Below are positions 40,694 through 51,567 of a DNA stretch of 64,000 bases, piece by piece. Positions within the stretch are counted from its first letter, which is position 1, and every line of letters begins with the position of its first letter. The notes beneath the pieces were generated by a model. That model was not told where the DNA came from. It did no database searches and saw only the letters and a program-made list of their open reading frames with translations. The translations under genes were made by a program, and so were the position numbers. Location of the stretch: positions 12,520 through 76,519 of the forward strand of contig CAYZEA010000014.1 of the NCBI GenBank assembly GCA_964477575.1, in the 5' to 3' direction. The stretch is from an uncultured Methyloversatilis sp. Lineage in GTDB: Bacteria > Pseudomonadota > Gammaproteobacteria > Burkholderiales > Rhodocyclaceae.

Positions 40694-41911
40694 AACCAGA
40701 CCGTCGGCCAGCTTGGGCTCGAACCACGTCGATTTCGGCGGCATGACATGGTTGCTGTCCGCCACGGCCATCAGGTGATCCATACGGGTTGGGTACAAGG
40801 CGAAAGCGGCCGCCATCTCGCCGGAATTGACGCGTTTTTCCAGTTCGCCCAGGCCGCGCACGCCGCCCACGAAATCGATGCGCTTGTCGCGACGCAGATC
40901 GGTGATGCCGAGCATCGGGCCAAGCACATGATCGGAGAGCAGCGAAACATCGAGGCCGGCGACCGGGTCCTTCGAGAACAGCTTGGGATCGATGTTGAGC
41001 CGATACCAGCGGCCGGGAAGATACAGCCCGACCTCGCCGGGGCAGGCGGGCTTGACGGCGTCACAGGCGGGCGAGACCAGAAACTTTTCTTCAAGCCGCT
41101 TGAGGAATTCGTCGGCAGACAGACCGTTAAGATCTTTTACGACGCGGTTGTAGTCGTAAATTTTCATCTGGTGGTGCGGGAAGATCACCGCCAGGAAAAA
41201 GTCGGAAGAGAGCCTGCAATCCTCCTGACGACGTGAAGCCGCCACGCGCGAGGCGGCGGCCGAGCGGTGATGGCCATCGGCGATGTAGAGCGATTCCATG
41301 CCGTCAAAACAGCGCGTGATTGCCACGGTCTTGGCGGCGTCATTGCATACCCAAATCTGGTGACGAATGCCGTCGTCGGCTGTTACGTCGGCTGCCGGCT
41401 CGCCCTGGGAGATTTCGGCGATCAGGGCGTCGGCGTTGGCTGAGGCCGGGTAGGCCAGCAACACCGGGCCGGTCTGGGCGTTGGTGGTCTCGATCTGGCG
41501 CACGCGGTCGTCTTCCTTGTCCGGACGCGTGAACTCATGCTTGCGGATGCGATTGGCGTCGTAGCAGGCAACGGATGCGCTGGCAACCAGGCCGGTCTGC
41601 TCATGCGATCCCATGGTCAGGCGATAAGCGTAGTAGCACGGCGTTTCATCGCGCGTGAGCACACCTTCGCCGATCATGCGCGCGAGGTTTTCGGCCGCTT
41701 TGGCATAGACCGTCGGATCGTAGGGATCGGTGTTGGCCGGCAGGTCGATCTCCGGCTTGGATATGTGCAGGAATGACCAGGGTTTTCCCTCCGCACGGAT
41801 GCGTGCCTCGTCACTGGAGAGTACGTCATAAGGGGGGGCAGCGACTTCGCCCGCACGACCCGAAGCGGGACGCAGGCCGCGGAACGGCATGATCAGGGTT
41901 GGGGCAGTCAT
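40676..41911 (-). CDS. DUF1015 family protein
   Basis: PF.GLRP, PYDV, KHEFTR, YIADGHHR, MPPKSTWFEPKL. Confidence 0.9.
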   Translation of the reverse strand: MTAPTLIMPFRGLRPASGRAGEVAAPPYDVLSSDEARIRAEGKPWSFLHISKPEIDLPANTDPYDPTVYAKAAENLARMIGEGVLTRDETPCYYAYRLTMGSHEQTGLVASASVACYDANRIRKHEFTRPDKEDDRVRQIETTNAQTGPVLLAYPASANADALIAEISQGEPAADVTADDGIRHQIWVCNDAAKTVAITRCFDGMESLYIADGHHRSAAASRVAASRRQEDCRLSSDFFLAVIFPHHQMKIYDYNRVVKDLNGLSADEFLKRLEEKFLVSPACDAVKPACPGEVGLYLPGRWYRLNIDPKLFSKDPVAGLDVSLLSDHVLGPMLGITDLRRDKRIDFVGGVRGLGELEKRVNSGEMAAAFALYPTRMDHLMAVADSNHVMPPKSTWFEPKLADGLVSHVLD

Positions 41912-41914
41912 GGG

Positions 41915-42985
41915 TCAGGCCTTCTTTCTACCCGCCAGCGACCCACGCAGAATGTCGTGTGCCTCATGGATCATCTTCTCGGTGGTCGCCCAGTCGACAC
42001 AGGCATCGGTGACCGAGCAGCCATATTTGAGTTGCGACAGATCATCGGGAATCGACTGGTTGCCGGCTTCGATGTTGCTCTCGATCATCAGCCCGACAAT
42101 CGACTTGTTGCCGAGACGAATCTGGTTCACCACGTCGTGCATCACGAGCGGCTGCAGTTCCGGCTTCTTGTAGCTGTTGGCATGGGAACAGTCGACAACG
42201 ATGTTCTGCGGCAGCTTGGCCTTGGTCAGTGCGGCTTCCGCCAGCGCGACGCTGACGGTATCGTAGTTCGGCCGGTCACCGCCGCCGCGCAATACCAGAT
42301 GGCCATAGCGGTTGCCGCGCGTGCGCGTCACCGAAGAGCGTCCCTGGCCGTTGATGCCGAGGAAACTGTGCGGCTTCGAGGCCGAGATGATCGCGTTGAT
42401 CGCCGCGTCGAGCGAGCCATCGGTGCCGTTCTTGAAGCCTACCGGCGTCGATAGGCCCGAGGACATCTCGCGGTGCGTCTGCGATTCGGAAGTGCGCGCG
42501 CCGATGGCCGTCCAGGCGATCAGGTCGCCGAGATACTGCGGCGAAATCGGGTCGAGTGCCTCGGTGCCGGCCGGCAGGCCGATTTCATTGACGGCAAGCA
42601 GGAACTCGCGCGCCTTCTGGATGCCTTCCTCGATATGGAAGCTGTCGTCCATGCGCGGGTCGTTGATGTAACCCTTCCAGCCCGTCGAGGTGCGTGGCTT
42701 CTCGAAATAGACGCGCATCACCAGCAGCATCGTGTCCGCAACCTCATCGGCCAGGACCTTGAGGCGGCGTGCGTAGTCGAGGCCGGCAACGGGATCGTGG
42801 ATGGAACACGGGCCGACGACGACGAACAGGCGCGGGTCGCGCCGGTCGATAATCGCCTCGATGGCACGCCGTCCCGCCAGCACCGACTTTTCGGCGACTT
42901 CGGTCATGGGCACGCGGGCATGAATTTCCTCCGGCGTCGGCATCGGGTCGAAGGCTTCGATATTGAGGTTTTCGGTTTGTTGCAT
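41915..42985 (-). CDS. Class I DAHP synthase (AroF/G/H family)
   Basis: GPCSIHD, RVYFEKPRT..GWKG, IGARTSESQ.HRE, DCSH.NS. Confidence 0.95.
   Translation of the reverse strand: MQQTENLNIEAFDPMPTPEEIHARVPMTEVAEKSVLAGRRAIEAIIDRRDPRLFVVVGPCSIHDPVAGLDYARRLKVLADEVADTMLLVMRVYFEKPRTSTGWKGYINDPRMDDSFHIEEGIQKAREFLLAVNEIGLPAGTEALDPISPQYLGDLIAWTAIGARTSESQTHREMSSGLSTPVGFKNGTDGSLDAAINAIISASKPHSFLGINGQGRSSVTRTRGNRYGHLVLRGGGDRPNYDTVSVALAEAALTKAKLPQNIVVDCSHANSYKKPELQPLVMHDVVNQIRLGNKSIVGLMIESNIEAGNQSIPDDLSQLKYGCSVTDACVDWATTEKMIHEAHDILRGSLAGRKKA
42868..42891 (+). repeat. 24-bp motif, copy 8 (DAHP synthase, KSVLAGR)
   Basis: GCCGTCCCGCCAGCACCGACTTTT. Confidence 0.95.
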
Positions 42986-43058
42986 GGCAGGCTGCACAAG
43001 AGGGAAACGAAAGGCAGATTCTACCGCCCGGCAGCTGGTTCAGCCCCGCCTGCGGCCG

Positions 43059-43082
43059 AAAAGTCGGCGCTGGCCGGACGGC
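43059..43082 (-). repeat. 24-bp motif, copy 9 (intergenic, left edge of accessory block)
   Basis: Reverse complement GCCGTCCGGCCAGCGCCGACTTTT. Confidence 0.95.
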
Positions 43083-43352
43083 AAGGATGGCCGTTGATGA
43101 TATCTGCCATCAGCCAACTCCGGCCATTCACTTATTAATTTTTGGAAGCATGGCTGTGGCCGAAAAGCTATCCGGAAGCAGTCTGTCGCTTAGCAAGAAG
43201 CTGCCAAATGTATACATTTGGTTGTGCTGCGTGGGCACAGATTCACTGGCCGGGTATGTATGAGGCCAATCAAATCATCGGCGCTTGTGAGTCGTAGTAG
43301 GATATTTCGGAAACTCACTGAGAACAGACGAAACTTTCCATGGGAGGCAGAC

Positions 43353-44213
43353 ATGAGGATGCTTGTTGCAGGCTGGCTGAAGCGGATGGCGCTGCTCGGA
43401 GCTGCGCTGTTGGCGCTGGTCGCATTGCCTTTGCAGGCTGCGGGCGACGGCGCCTTGGTGTTTGGCGTGTTTCCCTATCTTTCGCCGCGGCTGATGGTCG
43501 ATCAGTTTAATCCACTCAAGGATTATTTGGCGAAGACGCTCGATCGCCCGATCGAGTTGCGTTCGGCTTCAGACTACAATAGCTTCATCAAGGGCACCGG
43601 GCGCGGCGACTACGACTTAATCTTCAACGCCCCGCAGCTTGCGCGCTTGGCGCAGAAGCGCGAGGACTACCGACCGCTGGCGCAAACCGGCTACCGTATC
43701 CAGATCATTGCGGTGACGCGCAAGGACTCACCGGTGAAATCACTGGAGGATCTGCGTGGTCAGTCAATCTCAATCGGCGCGCGCATGTCCTTGACCCACC
43801 AGTTGATGCGCGACGAATTGCGCAAGGTAGGCCTGGAGCTTGACCGTGATGTCAAGTATCTCGACACCGCCTATTTCTCGAACGTGCTGCAGTCGGTGAT
43901 CCGCGGCGACGCCATCGCCGGGGCCACCGGCACTTCGCTGTGGAACGGCGCACCGGCAGAGGAACGCGCCCAGTTGCGCGAGTTCTTTCTCGCGAAGGAA
44001 GTGCCTGGCTTCATCCTCGTCGGCCACCCGCGCCTCGGCAGCGAGACGCTGACGAAGCTGCGGAAGGCGCTGTACGCCTTCAAAGACGCCCCCGAGGGCA
44101 AAGTCTTCTTCGACAAGACCAAGCAGACCGACTTCCGCCCGGTCGACGAGGCGACGATGAAGAGCCTCGATCCCTACACGGAGATCTACGCGGAGACGCC
44201 GGCGCGGCCATGA
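43353..44213 (+). CDS. PhnD/phosphonate-type periplasmic binding protein without a cognate transporter
   Basis: Signal peptide, FGVFPY.SP, PL..YL...L, SP.KSL.DL.G; GGAGG RBS. Confidence 0.75.
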   Translation: MRMLVAGWLKRMALLGAALLALVALPLQAAGDGALVFGVFPYLSPRLMVDQFNPLKDYLAKTLDRPIELRSASDYNSFIKGTGRGDYDLIFNAPQLARLAQKREDYRPLAQTGYRIQIIAVTRKDSPVKSLEDLRGQSISIGARMSLTHQLMRDELRKVGLELDRDVKYLDTAYFSNVLQSVIRGDAIAGATGTSLWNGAPAEERAQLREFFLAKEVPGFILVGHPRLGSETLTKLRKALYAFKDAPEGKVFFDKTKQTDFRPVDEATMKSLDPYTEIYAETPARP

Positions 44214-46600
44214 GCGATGTTCTAGCGGCCCGGCGCGACGACAACGGTGCGGTGCCGTGGCACCGCTCGCTGCGCTTCCGCTTGGTGGCGGCGGCAATCA
44301 CCGTCGAACTGATAATGCTCGGCGTGCTGTTGGCCAATAGTTACCGGCTGGTCACCGACGCCCTCGAGTCGCAGACCAGCAGCCGCCTCGAAGCGCTGAC
44401 CCCGCTGCTCAACGCCACGCTGGCCGGCTACCTGTTCCAGCGCGACCATTCGGAAATCAACGGCATCCTCAAGGAACTGGTTGCGTCGCGGGCGACCGAC
44501 ATTCGCTACATGGTGGTGCTCGACAACCAGAAGCGTCTGGTCGCCAGCATTGGTCCGGTCGATGTTGCCAAGGTCGATTCGTTGTCTGTCGACGCCAGCG
44601 TGCGCGAGGCGCTGCGCGATCTCGTCTTCGATACCAGGATCGACTTGGGGCTGCCCGGCAACACCCTCGGCAGCGTGCATTTCGGCCTCTCGCTGCTGGA
44701 CATGGCATCGCTGCGCGACAACGTGCTGCGGCAGAGCCTGTTGATCGCCGGCATCGAACTGCTGCTCAGTCTGCTGCTATTGTCCTCCGGCGGCTGGCTG
44801 ATTACCCGCCACGTCGCCCGGCTGCTCAGCGCCACGCGCGCCATCGCACACGGTAACTATGCCCAGCGTATCGCCATCTCGGGCAGGGACGAGATCGGCG
44901 TGTTGGCTGCCGACTTCAACATGATGACCGACGCAGTGCAGATGCGCATTGCCGAATTGCGCACGTCGCAGGAGGAATTGCAGGCCAGCGAGGCGCGTTT
45001 CCGCAATATCTTCGAAGACGTTAGTGACGCGATCTTAGTGTTAGAGGTTCCCGGTGGGCGCTTCCTCGATGTCAATCGTCGCATGTGCGAGATGTTCGGC
45101 TGCACACGTGCGCAAGCGCTGCCCCTCGATGTCGGCCAGTTGTCGGCCGGTATCTCGCCCTATGACGCCGAAGGTGCGCAGCGCTGGATCGACCGTGCCC
45201 AGACCGAGGGGCCGCAGACCTTTGAGTGGCTTGCACGCAAGGCCGATGGCGAGCTGTTCTGGATCGAGGTCAGCCTGCGTCTGTCCGAGACCGGCGAACA
45301 GCGCCAGCTGCTGGCGGTGGTACGCGACGTCAGCGAGCGCAAGCGCACCGAGGAAGAACGGGCACAATATCGCAACAGCCTCGAGGCCATCGTCACCACC
45401 CGCACGGCCGAACTCGCCGCTGCCAAGGAGGTCGCTGAAGCCGCCAGCCGCGCCAAGAGCAGCTTCCTCGCCAACATGAGCCATGAATTGCGTACGCCAA
45501 TGAACGGCGTCATGGGGATGACCGACTTGGCGCTGCGCCGCGCTACCGACCCGCAACAGATTGACTGGCTGAACAAGAGCAAGGCTTCTGCGCAGCGCCT
45601 GCTCGGTGTTATCAACGACATCCTTGACCTCTCCAAGATCGAAGCCGAGCGCATGACGCTCGAAGTTGTCAGTTTCAGGTTCGGCGAAGTGCAGGAAAAC
45701 ATCTTCAGCTTGCTTAGCCACAAGGCCGCAGAAAAACAGCTCGCCCTGTTGGCCGATCTGGACCCGGCAGTTTCCCGCCTGGCACTGCTGGGCGACCCGC
45801 TGCGTCTCACCCAGATCCTGCTCAATTTCACCGGCAACGCCCTCAAATTCACCGATCGCGGCTCGATCACTCTGCGCGCCCGACTTCTGGAAGATCACCC
45901 GGAAGACGTCCTGTTGCGCATCGAAGTGGCGGACACCGGCATCGGCATCGCCCCCGAACAACAACAACGCCTGTTCACGGCCTTCGAGCAGGCAGATAGC
46001 AGCATGACACGAAAATACGGCGGCACCGGCTTGGGTCTGGCCATCAGCAAGCGGTTGGTGCACCTGATGGGCGGCGAGATCGGTGTTCATAGCGGCGAGG
46101 GCCAAGGCAGCACCTTCTGGTTCACTGTCCGGCTCGGCAAGCAGCCAACGGCCGATGGCGCCGTCTCGCCAGCGCCGACTTTCGTGCCCACAACTGCGGA
46201 TGTCCGCCTGCGAAATGAATTTGCCGGTACCCGCGTCCTGCTGGCCGAAGACGAGCCGATCAATCAGGAAGTTTCACGGGGTCTGCTCGAGGATGTCGGG
46301 CTGGCGGTCGATCTGGCCGAAGACGGGAGTGCTGCCGTGGCAATGGCCCAGCATGCGCGCTACGCCCTGATCCTGATGGACATGCAGATGCCGAACATGA
46401 ATGGCATCGAGGCGACGCGCACGATCCGCAACTTGCCGGGTTATGCCCATATTCCCATTCTCGCCATGACCGCCAACGTATTCGACGAGGATCGCCAGGT
46501 CTGCCTCGATGCCGGCATGAACGACCATATCGCCAAGCCGGTCAATCCGGACAAAATGTACGAGTCTTTGTTGGCGTGGCTGGAGAAGCGTGGTAAGTGA
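44210..46600 (+). CDS. Hybrid sensor histidine kinase (TM-HAMP-PAS-HisKA-HATPase-REC)
   Basis: [38 protein letters not shown]; ATGA overlap with the upstream gene. Confidence 0.92.
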   Translation: MSDVLAARRDDNGAVPWHRSLRFRLVAAAITVELIMLGVLLANSYRLVTDALESQTSSRLEALTPLLNATLAGYLFQRDHSEINGILKELVASRATDIRYMVVLDNQKRLVASIGPVDVAKVDSLSVDASVREALRDLVFDTRIDLGLPGNTLGSVHFGLSLLDMASLRDNVLRQSLLIAGIELLLSLLLLSSGGWLITRHVARLLSATRAIAHGNYAQRIAISGRDEIGVLAADFNMMTDAVQMRIAELRTSQEELQASEARFRNIFEDVSDAILVLEVPGGRFLDVNRRMCEMFGCTRAQALPLDVGQLSAGISPYDAEGAQRWIDRAQTEGPQTFEWLARKADGELFWIEVSLRLSETGEQRQLLAVVRDVSERKRTEEERAQYRNSLEAIVTTRTAELAAAKEVAEAASRAKSSFLANMSHELRTPMNGVMGMTDLALRRATDPQQIDWLNKSKASAQRLLGVINDILDLSKIEAERMTLEVVSFRFGEVQENIFSLLSHKAAEKQLALLADLDPAVSRLALLGDPLRLTQILLNFTGNALKFTDRGSITLRARLLEDHPEDVLLRIEVADTGIGIAPEQQQRLFTAFEQADSSMTRKYGGTGLGLAISKRLVHLMGGEIGVHSGEGQGSTFWFTVRLGKQPTADGAVSPAPTFVPTTADVRLRNEFAGTRVLLAEDEPINQEVSRGLLEDVGLAVDLAEDGSAAVAMAQHARYALILMDMQMPNMNGIEATRTIRNLPGYAHIPILAMTANVFDEDRQVCLDAGMNDHIAKPVNPDKMYESLLAWLEKRGK
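46160..46183 (+). repeat. 24-bp motif, copy 10 (kinase-REC linker, AVSPAPTF)
   Basis: GCCGTCTCGCCAGCGCCGACTTTC. Confidence 0.93.
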
Positions 46601-46888
46601 TCGGCTGCTTGACACCGGATACCTACCGTTGAATGCTTGGCAAGGTGGCTGCCTCCTCTGGGTCGGGAAGAGTCCTATAACCTGAATGCGCACGGCATCA
46701 GGCAGTACCCGGCCAGAACCGGCCTGTCGCATGCGCTTTATAGCTGAAGTTCAAGAGTCTGCTTTACTCTGAGTCCTGTCGCCCTACGCGCACTACTTGG
46801 TCAGATCCGACCTTAATACCCGCGACCTGATATGGAACACATCCAGACCAAAAAATTACTGGCGAAAGTGCTTTTGATACTTCTCCCA

Positions 46889-46927
46889 TGCACCATCTTG
46901 CTTTGTTCTTCGCTCTATCTTGGTGCA
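46889..46927. promoter_or_regulatory. NtrC-like sites upstream of atzF
   Basis: TGCACCA half-site at 46889 and CGCTCTATCTTGGTGCA (46911-46927). Confidence 0.55.
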
Positions 46928-47012
46928 ATATCTCCTTCGGGTTCGAAGTAGAGTACGTTCTGTTTCGAATGTATGTACATAAAAACAAAGTATTAGCATT
47001 ATGCTTCGAGGT

Positions 47013-47028
47013 TGGCCTATAGCTTGCT
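47013..47028 (+). promoter_or_regulatory. sigma54 promoter of the atzF operon
   Basis: TGGCCT-ATAGC-TTGCT. Confidence 0.7.
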
Positions 47029-47032
47029 TAAA

Positions 47033-47055
47033 TTGGATTCAAGCTTGTATCCAAG
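47033..47055. promoter_or_regulatory. Putative GntR/FCD operator over the predicted transcription start
   Basis: TTGGATTCAAG-CTTGTATCCAAG, two tandem TTGTATACAA-like dyads. Confidence 0.55.
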
Positions 47056-47064
47056 ATAGAATCC

Positions 47065-48900
47065 ATGAGCACAATACCGGCATTTCCATCGATCGACAAT
47101 TTGCATGCCCTCCTGTTGAGTAGCCAGGCCAGCGTCACTGCCTGGTGCACGAGTACCCTCGAGAGAATTCAAAGGTTTTGCCCAGCGGAGGTCTTCATCA
47201 GCCTGGCTGAGCCTGACATCATCATGGCCAAGGCAAAAGTGCTTGACGCGCGTGTGCGTGCTACCAAAGGTGATCAGGGTGGCCTGCTTGAGCAATTGCC
47301 CTTGCTGGGCATCCCGTTTGTGGTCAAGGACAACATTGATGTCGCCGGCATGCCAACCACCTGTGCTTGCCCGAGCTTTGCTTATGGGCCGCAGCGTTCG
47401 GCGACGGTCGTCGAACGTCTTGAAGCAGCGGGGGCTATTCTGATTGGAAAGACCAATCTAGACCAGTTTGCGACGGGCTTAGTCGGTACGCGGTCGCCTT
47501 ATGGCGAGGTGAACAATCCCTTTGATCCCGACTATGTGTCAGGTGGATCAAGTTCTGGCTCGGCCGCTGCCGTCGCGCTCGGTTTTGCGACCTTTGCATT
47601 GGGAACGGATACCGCAGGATCAGGGCGCGTGCCGGCAGGATTTTGCAATCTTGTTGGCGTCAAGCCGACGCCGGGACTGGTCAGTACACGCGGTGTATTC
47701 CCGGCATGCAAGAGTCTGGACTGTGTATCAGTGCTGTCGCATACCGTGGCTGATGGCTGGAAGGTGCTCTCGGTCATCGCGGGCCGGGATGCGGAAGATC
47801 CCTATTCCCGCACCATCGCTGCGCTGCCGGCGGTGACGCGCAAGGTGCGCATCGGCGTGCCGTCGCCCCTCGAGTTTATGGGCGATGCAAATGCCGAGGC
47901 GGCTTTCACGGCTGCTTTGACGCGCCTGAAGGCGAACACGGAATTCGAATTTGTCGATACCCCTTTTTCCCCCTTCGCCGAGGTTGCCAAACTGCTCTAC
48001 GAAGGCCCCTGGGTCGCCGAGCGCCGTCTCGCCACCGCCGAATTTTATGCAACGCATGGGGATGTCATCGACCCTGCCGTGCGCACCATCCTCGGTCAGG
48101 CCGACGGCAAGACGGCGGTGGATGCCTTTGCCGCAATGTACAAACTGGAAGGCGGCAAGCGCATGGCGGAAGCAGTATTCGCCGAAATCGACTTGATGAT
48201 GGTACCGACCACGCCGACGATACACAAGCGCGCAACAATCGCCAGCAATCCCATTGCCCGCAATAGCGATTTCGGGATATATACCAATTTCGTCAACCTG
48301 CTCGGCATGTGCGCTCTGGCCTTGCCCGGCCCATTCCGGCGCGACGGCTTGCCTGCTGGCGTCACGCTACTGGCACCCGGTGGCGGTGACCATCGACTGG
48401 CGGAATTCGCGCGCCGCATCGAACCGCTCTTGCATGAGCGGATGGGCCTTAGCAACGAAACACCACCGCGCGCGGCCACCCCATTGACGCCACTGCCGGC
48501 CAACGAGCCGAGCGTTACGCTGGCCGTCGTGGGGGCGCACTTATCGGGCATGCCGCTCAACTGGCAACTGCTGGAACGCGATGGCCGCTTGTTGTGCGCC
48601 ACACAAACGGCAGTGAGCTACCGGCTGTTTGCCCTGCCCGGTACCACGCCACCCAAGCCCGGCCTCGTCAGGGTCAATGAAGGTGGGGCGGCGATTGCGA
48701 TCGAGTTGTGGCAAATGCCGCTGCGGCATTACGGCAGCTTTGTCGCGGGAATTCCCGCGCCGCTGGGCATCGGCATGCTGACACTTGATGACGATAGCGA
48801 GGTGCAGGGATTTCTTTGCGAGCCGCTTGCGACTGAGGGGGCGGAAGACATTACGACGTTTGGCGGCTGGCGCGCCTACATGCAACATCGTGCCAGTTGA
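47065..48900 (+). CDS. atzF: Allophanate hydrolase
   Basis: KDNIDV, KTNLDQFATGLVGTRSPYG, GGSSSGS, GTDTAGSGRVPA; C-domain VVGAHLSGMPLN..GFLCE..DIT.FGGWRAY. Confidence 0.93.
   Translation: MSTIPAFPSIDNLHALLLSSQASVTAWCTSTLERIQRFCPAEVFISLAEPDIIMAKAKVLDARVRATKGDQGGLLEQLPLLGIPFVVKDNIDVAGMPTTCACPSFAYGPQRSATVVERLEAAGAILIGKTNLDQFATGLVGTRSPYGEVNNPFDPDYVSGGSSSGSAAAVALGFATFALGTDTAGSGRVPAGFCNLVGVKPTPGLVSTRGVFPACKSLDCVSVLSHTVADGWKVLSVIAGRDAEDPYSRTIAALPAVTRKVRIGVPSPLEFMGDANAEAAFTAALTRLKANTEFEFVDTPFSPFAEVAKLLYEGPWVAERRLATAEFYATHGDVIDPAVRTILGQADGKTAVDAFAAMYKLEGGKRMAEAVFAEIDLMMVPTTPTIHKRATIASNPIARNSDFGIYTNFVNLLGMCALALPGPFRRDGLPAGVTLLAPGGGDHRLAEFARRIEPLLHERMGLSNETPPRAATPLTPLPANEPSVTLAVVGAHLSGMPLNWQLLERDGRLLCATQTAVSYRLFALPGTTPPKPGLVRVNEGGAAIAIELWQMPLRHYGSFVAGIPAPLGIGMLTLDDDSEVQGFLCEPLATEGAEDITTFGGWRAYMQHRAS
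48023..48046 (+). repeat. 24-bp motif, copy 11 (atzF, RRLATAEF)
   Basis: GCCGTCTCGCCACCGCCGAATTTT. Confidence 0.85.
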
Positions 48901-48930
48901 TTATTAACTGCTTTCACAAGGAGTACGACG

Positions 48931-50547
48931 ATGAGACTCAAACAAACTTGGCAGAAAACGCTACTACTTTCTGCTTCCCTCGCCATATTGGGCGGAGTGA
49001 CCTCACTCTCTCACGCTCAGGACCGGAAAGCTGAAACCCTGATCGTCGCCAACGAGACCAGCCCTAACATGCTGGACATCCACGGCGTCGGCGCCAACCG
49101 TCCTTCCTACGGCGTGGCCTGGCTGGCCTACGACCGGCTGATGACCTACGGCAAGAAGAAGCTAACCAATGGTGTTCAGAGCTACGATTTCGCCAAGCTC
49201 GAGCCGGAACTAGCCGAGAGCTGGCAGATTGCCAAGGACGGCATGTCCGTCACCTTCAAGCTACGCAAGAATGCCACATTCCATGATGGCACACCCGTCA
49301 CGGCAAATGACGTCAAATGGTCCTACGATCGAGCCTTGGCCATGGGCGGTTTTCCCACCTTCCAGATGAAGGCTGGTTCGCTGGAAAAGCCGGAGCAGTT
49401 TGAGGTCATCGATGACCACACATTCAAGGTCACCTTCATCCGCAAGGACAAGATGACCATGCCCGACATGGCGGTGCCGGTGGCTTCTATCTATAACGCG
49501 ACGCTGGCCAAGAAGAATGCCACCGCAGAGGATCTCTGGGCTGCCACCTGGCTGAAGAACAACACCGCCGGTGGCGGCGCCTACAAGGTGGCTAGCTACA
49601 AGCCCGGCCAGGAAATCGTCTACGAACGCTTCGAAGACTGGAAGAGCGGCCCGCTGCCCAAGATCAAGCGCGTCATCCAGCGCGAAGTGCCCTCCGCCGG
49701 CAACCGCCGCGCGCTGCTGACCAAGGGCGACATCGACATGACCTACGAGATGCCGCCCAAGGACTTCGCCGAGATGTCGCAGGAGAAGGGCAACGTCAAG
49801 GTCTCCAGCGTGCCGGCCGAGAACTCGATGATCTATGTCGGTATGAACGTCACCAAGCCGCCCTTCGACAATGCCAAGGTACGCCAGGCGGTTGCCTACG
49901 CCTTGCCCTACGACAAGATCATGCAGTCTGCACTCTACGGTCGTGGCGCCCCGCTGTTCGGTGCGAAGAAGCCGGTGACCGGTACCGAGTGGCCGACGGC
50001 AACACCCTACGTCACCGATCTAGCCAAGGCCAGGGCGCTGATGAAGGAAGCCGGCATGGAAAGCGGCTTCGAGACCACGCTGTCCTTCGATCTTGGCCAG
50101 GGCACGGTTTCCGAGCCGATGGCCATCCTGGTGCAGGAAGCGCTGGCGCAGCTCAACATCAAGGTGGATATCAACAAAGTGCCCGGTGCCAACTGGCGTG
50201 CTGCGCTGCTGAAGAAAGACATGCCGATGACCATCAACCGCTTCGGCGGCTGGCTCAACTATCCCGAGTATTTCTTCCTCTGGACCTACCATGGACAGAA
50301 CGCCGTGTTCAACACCATGAGCTACCAGAACCCGGCGGTCGACAAGCTGATCGACGCTGCCCGCTTCGAAACCGACAAGAAGAAGTACGCCAAGGACGTG
50401 AAGGGCTTCATCGACATCGCCTACGCCGAGGTGCCGCGCGTGCCGGTGGTGCAGCCGATGGTCGACGTGGCGATGCAGAAGAACGTTGAGGGCTATACCT
50501 ACTGGTTCCACCTGCAGCCCGACTATCGCCAGATCTACAAAAAGTAA
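48931..50547 (+). CDS. Family-5 (Dpp/Opp) ABC substrate-binding protein
   Basis: Signal peptide, PELAESW, FHDGTPVTA.DVKWS, PFDN.KVRQA. Confidence 0.9.
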   Translation: MRLKQTWQKTLLLSASLAILGGVTSLSHAQDRKAETLIVANETSPNMLDIHGVGANRPSYGVAWLAYDRLMTYGKKKLTNGVQSYDFAKLEPELAESWQIAKDGMSVTFKLRKNATFHDGTPVTANDVKWSYDRALAMGGFPTFQMKAGSLEKPEQFEVIDDHTFKVTFIRKDKMTMPDMAVPVASIYNATLAKKNATAEDLWAATWLKNNTAGGGAYKVASYKPGQEIVYERFEDWKSGPLPKIKRVIQREVPSAGNRRALLTKGDIDMTYEMPPKDFAEMSQEKGNVKVSSVPAENSMIYVGMNVTKPPFDNAKVRQAVAYALPYDKIMQSALYGRGAPLFGAKKPVTGTEWPTATPYVTDLAKARALMKEAGMESGFETTLSFDLGQGTVSEPMAILVQEALAQLNIKVDINKVPGANWRAALLKKDMPMTINRFGGWLNYPEYFFLWTYHGQNAVFNTMSYQNPAVDKLIDAARFETDKKKYAKDVKGFIDIAYAEVPRVPVVQPMVDVAMQKNVEGYTYWFHLQPDYRQIYKK

Positions 50548-50553
50548 CGTGCC

Positions 50554-51567
50554 ATGCTGACGACCATCCTGAAACGGCTGCTGGGGGCGATCCCGAACCT
50601 CATCGGGGTGATCGTCGTCACCTTTCTTCTCACTCGCGCCCTGCCCGGCGACCCGGCGGCCTTCTTCGCCGGAGCCTCGGGCACGGCCGAGGCGGTGGAG
50701 GAAATCCGCAAGAAACTCGGCCTCGACAAGTCGCTGCCCGAGCAGTTCATCGTCTATGTGCGCGATCTCGCGAGTGGCGACTGGGGCCTCTCCCACGCCA
50801 CCGGCCAGCCAGTACTCACCGAACTCACCACGCGCCTGCCGGCCTCGCTCGAACTCACGATGGCCGGCCTCTTCCTCGCCGTCATTGTCGCCATCCCGCT
50901 GGGCATCCTCGCCGCGACGCGGCCGGGATCATGGATCGACCATCTCTGTCGCGGCATCGCCACCGCCGGGGTGTCGCTGCCGACCTTCTTCACCGGCCTG
51001 CTGCTGGCCTACATCTTCTATTTCCTGCTGGGCTGGGCGCCGGCGCCGCTGGGGCGACTCGACCCCTACCTGTCGGCGCCGCCGCACGTCAGCGGTTTCT
51101 ATTTGATCGATAGCCTGATCGCGCGCGACTTCGAGGTCTTCGTCGGCGCGCTCAAGCAACTCATCCTGCCCACCATCACCCTCGCATTGTTCGTGCTGGC
51201 GCCGCTGGCGCGCATGACGCGCGCCTCGATGCTCGGCGTGCTCTCCGCCGACTTCATCCGCACCGCGCGCGCCTCGGGCCTGGCCCCCTCCACCGTGCTG
51301 TTCGCCTACGCCTTCCGCAATGCGCTGCTGCCGGTGATGACGACGCTCGGCATGGTCTTCTCCTTCCTGCTCGGCTCCAACGTGCTGGTGGAAAAAGTCT
51401 TTGCCTGGCCGGGCATCGGCTCCTTCGCCATCGAGGCGCTGGTCGCTTCGGATTACGCACCGGTGCAGGGCTTCGTGCTGTCCATGGCGCTGCTCTACGT
51501 GCTCCTCAACCTGACCATCGACATCGCCTACGGCTTCGTCGATCCGAGGATGCGGGTCGATGGCTAG
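50554..51567 (+). CDS. Dpp/Opp-type ABC permease B
   Basis: LPGDPA, ARASGL, FAWPGIG, DPR. Confidence 0.9.
   Translation: MLTTILKRLLGAIPNLIGVIVVTFLLTRALPGDPAAFFAGASGTAEAVEEIRKKLGLDKSLPEQFIVYVRDLASGDWGLSHATGQPVLTELTTRLPASLELTMAGLFLAVIVAIPLGILAATRPGSWIDHLCRGIATAGVSLPTFFTGLLLAYIFYFLLGWAPAPLGRLDPYLSAPPHVSGFYLIDSLIARDFEVFVGALKQLILPTITLALFVLAPLARMTRASMLGVLSADFIRTARASGLAPSTVLFAYAFRNALLPVMTTLGMVFSFLLGSNVLVEKVFAWPGIGSFAIEALVASDYAPVQGFVLSMALLYVLLNLTIDIAYGFVDPRMRVDG

Noticed and set aside
46764-46988. 74-aa minus-strand ORF in an AT-rich spacer
   Set aside because: No motif, atypical composition, overlaps the atzF regulatory region
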